Source: Strigamia acuminata (Eukaryota). From it: a stretch of DNA of 64,000 nucleotides. Under the pieces are notes generated by a model. That model was not told the origin of the DNA, did not search any database, and was given only the letters and a program-made list of their open reading frames with translations. A program made the position numbers and the translations under genes. How positions within the stretch are numbered: position 1 is the stretch's first letter; each line of letters starts with the position of its first letter. Of the stretch, positions 58,101 to 64,000 are shown piece after piece. The DNA lies in contig OX442314.1 in assembly GCA_949358305.1 (NCBI GenBank), positions 24,180,001 through 24,244,000 on the forward strand, given 5' to 3'.

Positions 58101-58300
58101 GGCCGAGTGGTTTGCGACATACAGTAGAGGGACACGGGCGCGAAGCCCGGGTGAGCCAACTGCATTTCTTCTTCATCCTCAGCAACCGAGGCCGAAGGAC
58201 AGCTGCTGCCTACGCTGCCCGTTTCCTGCTCTCTTCGGCGCAGTTGATGCTGCTCCATGGTTCCGCTCTGTCTGGTGCCTCCTCTGGAGCTCTCTCCCAT
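834..58300 (-). CDS. Ca-alpha1T: T-type voltage-gated calcium channel alpha-1 subunit (Cav3), spliced gene, N-terminus to II-III linker; continues past the window start
   Basis: Spliced minus-strand exons give Cav3 hallmarks: N-terminal [34 protein letters not shown]4 [14 protein letters not shown], domain I pore ISLEGW, the I-II gating brake, APRASPE, IIS4 [13 protein letters not shown], domain II pore LTQEDW and IIS6 [18 protein letters not shown]. Exon phases are mutually consistent. Orthologue of CACNA1G/H/I. Confidence 0.97.
1119..1182. repeat. (AAAT)n microsatellite
   Basis: About 15-16 perfect tetramer units. Confidence 0.95.
1401..1433 (-). CDS. Ca-alpha1T: Candidate 33-nt microexon, II-III linker ([11 protein letters not shown])
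   Basis: GC-richer island after a long pyrimidine tract ending CTTGAG; GGG|GTAGGT donor; phase 0-0, open frame. Confidence 0.5.
2564..2951 (+). mobile_element. TATACTC-terminal MITE, copy A
   Basis: Imperfect TIR of about 35-50 bp; internal sequence shared with 45109-45503 (reverse orientation) and 62294-62525. Confidence 0.8.
3801..3854 (-). CDS. Ca-alpha1T: Cav3 small exon, proximal II-III linker ([18 protein letters not shown])
   Basis: CCTAAC branch-like motif, CTTATAG acceptor, GAG|GTAAC donor, 54 nt, phase 0-0; charged helix as expected after IIS6. Confidence 0.7.
4577..4732 (-). CDS. Ca-alpha1T: Cav3 exon, domain II filter + IIS6 ([52 protein letters not shown])
   Basis: AAG acceptor, GAA|GTAAGT donor; 156 nt; conserved TQEDW. 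Confidence 0.96.
7389..8097. mobile_element. Degenerate non-autonomous DNA element (MITE-like)
   Basis: Inverted ends TTCACACTTAAACCACTT / AAGTGGTTCAAGTGTGA; boundaries approximate. Confidence 0.5.
8100..8256 (+). repeat. Dispersed repeat, inverted copy at about 59028-59243
   Basis: Shared blocks GAGGACAATCCAACAC, ATGGAAAACAATTT.CATCAAGAGATGGCGCT and TTACTACTGTG.CC.TCTGAATCTT. Confidence 0.8.
8554..8710 (-). CDS. Ca-alpha1T: Cav3 mutually exclusive exon 12b, long penta-cysteine domain II turret ([52 protein letters not shown])
   Basis: TTTTCAG acceptor, CAG|GTATG donor, 157 nt, phase 2-0 like 12a; C...CxC...CxC pattern; paralogous to 12a. Confidence 0.93.
9021..10415 (-). mobile_element. 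Decayed Mutator-like (MULE) transposon with transposase remnant
   Basis: Minus-strand fragments [31 protein letters not shown]...ALSFLP and [15 protein letters not shown] are typical of MULE transposases; broken by frameshifts. AGCGAC subterminal repeats on the left, GTCGCT on the right; ends approximate. Confidence 0.85.
11060..11877. mobile_element. hAT MITE containing an internal long inverted-repeat element
   Basis: TIR CAGTGCTTCC/GGAAGCACTG, TSD acctaaga/acctaaaa; internal inverted arms of about 130 bp at 11155-11286 and 11628-11756. Confidence 0.8.
12717..12852 (-). promoter_or_regulatory. Putative intronic RNA-pairing element downstream of exon 12a
   Basis: 12828-12852 is complementary in the pre-mRNA to the 3' end of exon 12b (8554-8579); 12717-12804 is complementary to 10434-10513. 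Non-Watson-Crick pairs are mostly G-U in the sense strand. Confidence 0.65.
13015..13129 (-). CDS. Ca-alpha1T: Cav3 mutually exclusive exon 12a, short tri-cysteine domain II turret ([38 protein letters not shown])
   Basis: TTGTAG acceptor, CAG|GTAG donor, 115 nt, phase 2-0; CxxC...C pattern. Confidence 0.93.
15186..15374 (-). CDS. Ca-alpha1T: Cav3 exon, IIS4-IIS5 ([38 protein letters not shown]...FIFIFS)
   Basis: Follows a 58-nt intron; AG|GTAAGG donor; 189 nt. Confidence 0.96.
15433..15871 (-). CDS. Ca-alpha1T: Cav3 exon, distal I-II linker + IIS1-IIS3 (...[29 protein letters not shown]...[12 protein letters not shown])
   Basis: TTTCAG acceptor, AG|GTAAAA donor, open frame over 439 nt. Confidence 0.94.
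16996..17100. repeat. Degenerate 22-bp minisatellite (CTATTATTATATTTGATTCYYY)
   Basis: About 4-5 tandem imperfect copies. Confidence 0.75.
17521..17702. mobile_element. Tc1/mariner-type MITE (uninterrupted copy of the outer element at 38201-38952)
   Basis: TA-CAGTC...GACTG-TA ends with internal TTATAACGA repeats. Confidence 0.75.
19117..20009. mobile_element. hAT (Charlie-like) element with a nested MITE at about 19227-19738
   Basis: CAGAG...CTCTG ends, TSD gtctagag/gtctagac; inner TIR AGGTGCATTCAGTAACT / AGTTATTGAATGCGCCT. Confidence 0.6.
20254..20956 (-). CDS. Ca-alpha1T: Cav3 exon, IS6 + gating brake + I-II linker with APRASPE
   Basis: [25 protein letters not shown]...[15 protein letters not shown]...[14 protein letters not shown] acceptor; AAAG|GTAGA donor in phase 1, matching the next exon. 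Confidence 0.93.
22554..22646 (-). CDS. Ca-alpha1T: Cav3 exon, domain I selectivity filter ([31 protein letters not shown])
   Basis: TTAG acceptor, GTG|GTATG donor; 93 nt; contains the filter glutamate. Confidence 0.96.
23439..23721 (-). CDS. Ca-alpha1T: Cav3 exon, domain I turret and pore helix (PLSSYY...YICS...[11 protein letters not shown]...[21 protein letters not shown])
   Basis: TATAG acceptor, CTA|GTAAGT donor; 283 nt; conserved cysteines and FDNIG motif. Confidence 0.96.
26926..27319. mobile_element. MITE
   Basis: TIR GTTCACACCAGACGCAATGCAAGGAAA / TTTCCTTGCATTGCGTCTAGTGTGAAC. Confidence 0.75.
28229..28589. mobile_element. TTAA-flanked MITE (Kolobok-like termini) nested in an older MITE (about 28131-28806)
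   Basis: TIR GGCTAGTTCACAATGCT / AGCATTGTGAACTAGCC with TTAA on both sides. The host family (CTACAGTTCG.CC.GTATCTTGATGCC.AATT) also occurs at about 12151, 16380-16640 and 33635-33903. Confidence 0.8.
29431..29475 (-). CDS. Ca-alpha1T: Candidate 45-nt cassette exon in the domain I extracellular turret ([16 protein letters not shown])
   Basis: Long poly-T tract then TAATACAG acceptor, AA|GTAAGA donor, phase 2-2 matching both neighbouring exons, no stop codon. Confidence 0.6.
   Translation of the reverse strand, partial: EGHSSSLFRDSENC
29883..30054 (-). CDS. Ca-alpha1T: Cav3 exon, IS5 ([45 protein letters not shown]...NVTYP)
   Basis: TTTCAG acceptor, GA|GTGAG donor; highly conserved Cav3 sequence; 172 nt. 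Confidence 0.96.
32482..32579 (-). CDS. Ca-alpha1T: Cav3 exon, IS4 voltage sensor ([32 protein letters not shown])
   Basis: TTTTCAG acceptor after an 83-nt intron, A|GTAAG donor, repeating S4 arginines. Confidence 0.96.
32663..32796 (-). CDS. Ca-alpha1T: Cav3 exon, IS2-IS3 ([22 protein letters not shown]...[12 protein letters not shown])
   Basis: GCAG acceptor, GG|GTGAG donor, conserved WNRLD motif; 134 nt. Confidence 0.96.
33950..34124. mobile_element. TA-flanked MITE (uninterrupted copy of the middle element at 38331-38895)
   Basis: TIR CCGTATTTTA.CGATTA / TAATCGGTAAAATACGG, TA TSD. Confidence 0.85.
34951..35241. mobile_element. Mutator/foldback-like MITE (second copy at 38562-38865)
   Basis: Subterminal CATTTTAGCGA repeats inverted at the two ends; CAATTTT(G) direct repeat flanks. 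Confidence 0.8.
35940..36051 (-). CDS. Ca-alpha1T: Cav3 exon, IS1 ([23 protein letters not shown]...CKILQ)
   Basis: Preceded by TTCTTAAC branch point and TTTTAC acceptor; ends CAG|GTAAGT; 112 nt. Confidence 0.95.
38201..38952. mobile_element. Three-level nested MITE cluster
   Basis: Outer 38201-38952 (TA TSD), middle 38331-38895 (TA TSD), inner 38562-38865 (GAGCCGCG TSD). Confidence 0.88.
40670..40966. mobile_element. hAT MITE
   Basis: TIR CGGGGGTCGGCAA / TTGCCGACCGCTG with perfect 8-bp TSD CTGTAACT; A-rich interior. Confidence 0.85.
40975..41370. repeat. Perfect 22-bp tandem array (AATACATTTCAAAATACATTGC) x18
   Basis: 396 bp of identical units with no spacers; each unit is two related 11-mers. 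Confidence 0.95.
43893..44108. mobile_element. Small inverted-repeat element with an internal (TTAGG)5 tract
   Basis: Arms ACTATTTTCCCTTATTTTTTACACTAAAA / TTTTAGTGTAAAAATAAGAGAAAATAGT; TTAGG repeats at about 44014-44038. Confidence 0.6.
45109..45503 (-). mobile_element. TATACTC-terminal MITE, copy B
   Basis: TIR of about 48 bp; interior is the reverse complement of copy A with high similarity. Confidence 0.85.
46090..46235. repeat. Degenerate 29-bp minisatellite (TTTCTCATGATTTTGACATTTTACTTGTA)
   Basis: About 5 tandem imperfect copies inside a TA-CAGG-starting element. Confidence 0.7.
50326..50423. repeat. 11-bp tandem array (GGATTCGGATG) x about 9
   Basis: Direct tandem repeats; the last two copies vary. 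Confidence 0.92.
58068..58300 (-). CDS. Ca-alpha1T: Cav3 first coding exon (N-terminus, MGESSRGG...WCLAMITNP)
   Basis: ATG at 58300, with a second in-frame Met (MEQHQ). Conserved Cav3 pre-IS1 sequence. Ends phase 2 at CC|ATATCCTTT, a U12 donor. Confidence 0.9.
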
Positions 58301-58750
58301 CTTCCTATAAGTGTGCCCTCAGCTCACTGAGTAATCCATGTCGAGACGCGCGTCGCGTTCTCCACGCATTGCATACAGTTTACTCGCAAGGATGAAACGA
58401 CTCGATCTTGCGACGAAAAGCGGATCCACGATGCGATCCTCGTCGAGTGATGCTCTCGCTTGTCAGCGCTTTCTCTGCAGACGCCAAGCCCCGCTTCTCG
58501 CACCCCGCCCACACGTCCGTCACGTGATCACGCGCCTCGTAACCAAGGCGCCTACTCGTCATCATCCTTCGATGACGTCACTCCGTATCCGCTTCTCAAC
58601 TTTAACTTTTCTTTTTTTTTTTTAACTTTTGCTCAAGTGGCGGAGGAGAATGGCGTCCGTTACGTAGTAATTGATCGGTGCTTGTGCTGTTTCTGGGCCA
58701 ACGGTGCTTGCGGGAGAGTGCGCCACTTGACTAAGATGCCAATGGCCTAA
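58301..58750 (-). promoter_or_regulatory. CpG-rich 5' UTR / putative Cav3 promoter
   Basis: CpG-dense stretch upstream of the ATG with a GC box (58503-58510), TCACGTGA E-box (58520-58527) and TGACGTCA CRE (58573-58580). TSS not determined. Confidence 0.5.
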
Positions 58751-60025
58751 AGTAAAGATTCAAAATCCAATCTGTTTGTGTTAAAAACCACCTCCGACCA
58801 TCAATTGCTTATATTCAATTACAAGAGTTTCCCTCCGAGTTGTTTTCTAATCTGCTAAATTGGCTACACACGTTTGATTAAAAATAGCTTTAATTAATCT
58901 TATTAAAATCTTCTTTTTATGTTTTTATTTTGTGCTTATGCACAAATAATTGTATATGAATAAAAAAACAAAAATAAATAGATCCAAATCCAGTCGTAGG
59001 ATGAAGAAAGTTGATTCTAGTACAGAAAAGATTCAGAAGGGCACAGTAGTAATTGTGCCGCAACGTACAACCACTTTGCATTTTCATTGTTATTTTGACT
59101 GGTCAGAAGACTGGTCAACAGGCTATTCCTCGCGTTCGGCAAACGGAGGGAGTTGTTCCAGCGCCATCTCTTGATGAAAATTGTTTTCCATGTTGTTGTT
59201 GTTACGTCTGCTACATGGATAGTGTTGGATTGTCCTCCGAGACATAGTGCTACGTCAAAATGCCTGAATAAGTTTAGGGTTGACACAATAATAAAATCTG
59301 ACATCAATCGTGTGCATGCGAAGTTGGACATGGAAGATCTGACATTCTCAATCCATTATTGAATGATTCTACAGTAGAAGAACTCGTGGAGCCACCTGGC
59401 GGTCGATATCACAGTTAAATCAAATTATTATTCTCATTTCCCATCCCTATTTTCTGCAGCTTTGGCAAGACCAACAGACTAGTCATCATCACTGTGGCTG
59501 CAGAAGAAAAAACAATCTCTGAGATCACCAGTAAATTCTAAACGTGAGATATCCTAAATTGCAAAAATGTACATTACCAGTTAAGTATTAGCACTTATCG
59601 ATAAGTTACCAATCATTTATTTAGAGTTTAGACCATTGAAACCTAACCTAACCTAAGTTTTAGCAAAAAATGAACAAGAAAGCAATAACAAAACAGCTTA
59701 CTCTCAAAGGCACTCTTTCTACAGCCTAGTGGAATGCATAAATAATAACACGACTACAACTAACTCTTAGAGCAGGCACCGCACGTCAGCAGTGTGCTGG
59801 ATGGACAACGTGAAAAGCAAACCTAACAACCATTTCCATTTGGCCTTAAAGGAAGCAGGGACGGGAGTAACCAGTCAAAATGTTCCATAAAAGTAAAACA
59901 CCTTTAACCTGATTGCCCTAGGTAGACAACCGACTGATCCAAGATGACTACCAAATGTGGAGAGGCCAGTTCATTTCGTTTGTTTGTTCTTTAACTGAAT
60001 TGTTACTGCAGGAGGGCAAGCCCCT

Positions 60026-60802
60026 GGCGGTGTGACCATATTTGCGATGCCCTCATTTGCGATATCGTAAAATTGTGACAAATAAAATTTTTGTATTACA
60101 TTTAAAATTGCGACAGTTCCAAATTTGCGATGGTTCCAATGGTTAGATGGTGCTCATGGTTGTCGGCGATCATCACTCCTCCTCGAGCAACCAGCCATTG
60201 GCCTGCGTCAAGCACTGGTGCGTCGCCGTGAGGTACGCCTCCGGATTGAACAGTCCGCCAAGCCACACGTGCAACACTTTGAGCTCCTTTGCCCCGCCGG
60301 TGGTGGTGGCCTGCCAGGCGACCTGCAGTTACCTCATGCGGTAGAACGGGTCCTTGATGTTCTCCTGCACTGGACAGCATGCGACGCAGCCAGGCAGGGC
60401 TGGACTGGATACAAATTTAGTACCGGAAAATCTAGATGGGTCAGGCCACAGAGACAGGCTACGGTGGGCCAGGAACAGACCTCCGGGAAATTCCTGGTAG
60501 CCCGCCGGCTGACTTGTGCAGCATGCACATCCACGCTGGTCACCCGTCCTCATCCTTGCTCTTCTTGTCTTTATCTTTATCGTTATCTATGTATGATACA
60601 CCAGCTTGTCGTCGTCCACGAGCGACTGCATCTTGAGCTTGGTGATTTTGTCGTAGTCGCATTGTTGGGAGCAATTTAATAGTAATGAACGATGCAAATT
60701 TGGGAGGTCGCAATTACAATCATCGCAAATCCGGTTATTGCAAATTTGAAATCGCAATTTTTTCCATCGCAAATCCGGTCATCGCAAATTTGGACCTCGC
60801 CC
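60026..60802. mobile_element. Mutator/foldback-like element carrying a gene fragment (Pack-MULE / Pack-TIR-like)
   Basis: Left-end TTTGCGATG repeats (60026-60135) mirrored by right-end CATCGCAAA repeats (60690-60802) around a GC-rich interior; no clean TSD seen. Confidence 0.75.
60150..60672 (-). pseudogene. DYNC1H1: Decayed fragment of cytoplasmic dynein 1 heavy chain C-terminal region
   Basis: Collinear minus-strand peptides ITKLKMQSLVDDDKLVY, EDG*PAWMCMLHKSA, ENIKDPFYR and [40 protein letters not shown] match recalled dynein heavy chain motifs ([65 protein letters not shown]). Stops, frameshifts and deletions are present. Confidence 0.85.
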
Positions 60803-60903
60803 GCTCCAGCTCAGTTTGTGTTCACCACACCTTAACTAGGACACAAAGCGAAGGAGAGAAAGAAATTTTAAAAAAACAGCATTTTTTTGCAGAGTGGAAG
60901 CTA

Positions 60904-62161
60904 AGGTGCGCGCCATAAGTATAGAATAATCAGTTTTTTTGTAATATTTTTTTTTACGCTTTATCTGGAATCATATCAATTTTTTTATAAATGTATTTTG
61001 TCATTAGAATTCATTTAAAATTAACACATTTATAATTTTTATGGAAAAATAAATTTGGCAGTGATTTTACACAAAAATGGGGGTGACATAAGTATAGAAT
61101 ATTTTAAGTTTGATGCAAAACAATGGATTAAATTAATATCACATAATATGCCTTTGTTTGATTAGTCAATCAGTGATTATGTCATCAATTTTCTGCCATT
61201 TTTGAATTGTATTACTTGCTAATTTCTTATTTTGAAGCAAGTTCACAGGAATATTTCGTGCCTGGCACTGACTCTGCTGTTGTCTGCAAATGAAATTTGC
61301 ACACATGTAGATGTAATTGTGTCTTTACAAACAATTCAAAGCAGACTAAACAATTGTGATCACCTTTGTTATAAAAAATAACTGTATAACTGTGGTTAAC
61401 TGAACCCCTTAAATTGAAGTGCTCTGATTAGACTAATACCAAGCTGCCCTGGACCAAATCATGAAACTGAGTGCTTTTTACAGACAAAATACAGTTCAAC
61501 TTAGATGGTCTGGATGGTTAGTGTAATAAGTGGCAAGATTTAAGGAAAGAAGAGAAGTTTTCTCAGTGGGCAGAATCATGTGATGGTTTGGGTGACTTTT
61601 GGGCAAAAATTGCAGGCAAACATCATAATAATAAAAGGATGGAAAGATTCACAGAAGTATAAGGAAGTGTTGAACATGCATTTATTGCCATTTGGATGGA
61701 AAATTATGGCAATAAATAGGTGTTTTGGCAGAACAATGCTCACTGCATGGTCACTTTTGGTCTTCCCTGTCTACTACCTATTTATTGGCAATTTCCACAA
61801 TGGTTGCAAGTTTTGTACAAAAGATTGCTTCAAAATAAGAAAATAGCAAGTAATACAATTCAAAAATAGCATAAAATTGATGACATATTCACTGATTAAC
61901 TAATCAGACAAAGGCATGTTATGTGATATTAATTTTATTCATTTTTTTGCATCTAACCTAAAATATTCTATACTTATGTCACCCCCATTTTTATGTAAAA
62001 TTACTGCCAAATTTATTTTTCCATAAAAATTATAAATGTGTTAACTTTAAACGAATTCTAATGACAAAATACATTTATAAAAAAATTGATATGATTCCAG
62101 ATAAAGCGTAAAAAAAAATATTACAAAAAAACTGATTATTCTATACTTATGGCGCGCACCT
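60904..62161 (+). mobile_element. Internally deleted Tc1/mariner (Tc3-like) transposon with long TIRs
   Basis: TA TSD, TIRs of about 285 bp starting AGGTGCGCGCCATAAGTATAGAAT; remnant peptides VLFTDKIQFNLDGLDG*...WQDLRKE, VMVW and FWQNNA (cf. FSDEKKFNLDGPDG, FQQDNA). Confidence 0.9.
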
Positions 62162-62293
62162 TATATTCTGATAACTGCAAAAACAAAGTTCATCAAAACA
62201 GACAAATGGCAAGCATTTAGTTTGGAGCATAGTGGTATTGGATGGCATCATCTGGCTCAAAATGATGGAGGACAAGCAAAAAGATTTATGGAC

Positions 62294-62525
62294 TATACTC
62301 TTTCCGCACTCAAGAAGAGCCCTGGAAGCTGGGCTCCCATTGGCCTTGTCTGATTACTCAGAACTGTATATAGTTATAGTTGAAGTTCTACTACAAGGAA
62401 AAGTAGTTCCCTATAATGCATTTCTGGTGTTTTGGGTCTTTTTTTATGTATCACTACACAAGTGATACGGCTTGGCCAATGGGAGCCCAGCTTCCAGGGC
62501 TCTTCTTGAGTGCGGAAAGAGTATA
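62294..62525 (+). mobile_element. TATACTC-terminal MITE, copy C
   Basis: Perfect 52-bp inverted repeat (62294-62345 / 62474-62525); shortened core shared with copies A and B. Confidence 0.85.
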
Positions 62526-64000
62526 CATTTAATTCTTCAATAACTTTGTGAACTATGATGAGTCATAATTCAGAATATAGCAGATCTTCAACTTATGAAC
62601 ATCAGAGATACAAACTTTCAGAGATGCCAACTACAAATTTGTGGCAACTCATAAGTTAGTTAACGTGTCTGGCACTATGCTGAGAACAAAACTCACGCTC
62701 TTATTGTTGTCTAAATGTTGTTTAAAATGAACCTGTATCAATGTATAATTTAAAAAAAATTAAAAAATAAGATTAAAAATGTTTTCTTTAATTAAGGTGA
62801 ACAATTTTTCCACCTTATGTTGTACACCTTTGCTGAACTTAAGAACAATTCAACTTAAAAACAAGGTCTCAGAACCGTACTCATTCGTAAGTTGAGTACC
62901 TGCTGTACATCAAAGTCTGCACACAGTTATGCATTATCAAGATTTCTTTTAAATCTCTTCTACCTTCATTTCACTTCATTTTCGTACATTTTTGCCGTCG
63001 ATTAATCGCTAAGGCTGATCTTCAAAGGCGGTTCTTATATCAAATCGCCTTTCTCAGCCACGAGTCTTAATCGAGGGCAGCTACAATTTGAAGGCAACTC
63101 TTATTCGGAGAAATACAATACGTTTAATTTTTATTTATCAAAATGTTAGAAAAGATTTATAAATACCAAATCCCAACTCTTCCTTTAGTTTCGTCGTTAC
63201 TGCATGTAGTGTCTGCCTAAGGTGTTTTACCTTTTATTGAATTTTATGTTGTTGTTTTTGAGGATGTCACAAAGTTCACCTCCACACCACTCTAGGGATT
63301 TGTCATCGTTGTTGTCACAATGGGTTGCGTGTAACCTATTTAAAAATTTGTGAGCACTCACATAATTTACATAGTACATGTGCTTTTCAAATTCTATCAC
63401 AGCTTTGACAAAAAAATCATTCATACTATTATCCCACCATTCTGGTGAGGAAACAAAGTATTATGAACACATAAGTATTCAAATATTATGATGCAGCATT
63501 TCCCAAACTGTGAGGCGCAAGCGGTTTTTGGTGGGGCGCATCGGCACAATTGTCGAACTCCTTGCGCCTTAAAATAACACAAATTGAACTGGACTTTACT
63601 GCCATCATCAAAAGTAACTATGAACAAGCGCACCCATCACACACGCCTATATAGGACAGCATACAAATGCGTAGAAAATTATGGCACCATCTGTATGTCA
63701 TAGTAGACACGAAACTAGAGATCCCTCTTAAGTGTGAAGATTTCAGACAACATAACCCTCAGAGGCCTAAGGCTGAACTTTATCTTAGGTGAAATTTGAA
63801 GTCATTGGATATTCATTTAATTAATCATGCTAAATGACAATTTTCTGCTCCTTAAAACTCCAGCAAAACTATTAAGCTGGCTTCGCTGCCTTAGTAAAGT
63901 GCTTCAGTTAACAGCTTTTGGCTTTACCCAGTAGTGTTTAAACCCACCACTAGTTTGTGAAAAATTCTATAACATCATTGTTTACAACTAGTTCCTGCTA

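Noticed and set aside
58324..58750. Several overlapping short ORFs upstream of the Cav3 ATG
   Set aside because: Expected in a GC/CpG-rich promoter or UTR; no coding signature.
60125..60679. Plus-strand 184-aa ORF
   Set aside because: Antisense shadow of the GC3-rich dynein fragment; no recognisable motifs.

Overview
AT-rich animal genomic DNA, probably from an arthropod (protostome-type channel exons, short TTAGG tracts). It carries the 5' half of a T-type voltage-gated calcium channel alpha-1 gene (Cav3 / Ca-alpha1T) on the minus strand, from the start codon at 58300 through domains I and II into the II-III linker at 834; the gene continues beyond position 1. I reconstructed the exons with consistent reading phases. 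Intron 1 is a 22-kb U12-type AT-AC intron. The domain II turret is encoded by the mutually exclusive exon pair 12a/12b. Three small in-frame exons (45, 54 and 33 nt) are candidates for optional cassettes. Introns and flanks are full of DNA-transposon relics (hAT, Tc1/mariner, Mutator-like, TTAA-flanked), some nested. The most notable observations are: (1) a candidate long-range pre-mRNA structure in which an intronic element after exon 12a pairs with the 3' end and donor of exon 12b, with a second nested stem; (2) a Mutator-like element that appears to have captured a cytoplasmic dynein heavy chain fragment; (3) a MITE family with a shared core but different terminal inverted repeats (TIRs). 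All homology calls come from recalled motifs, not database searches.
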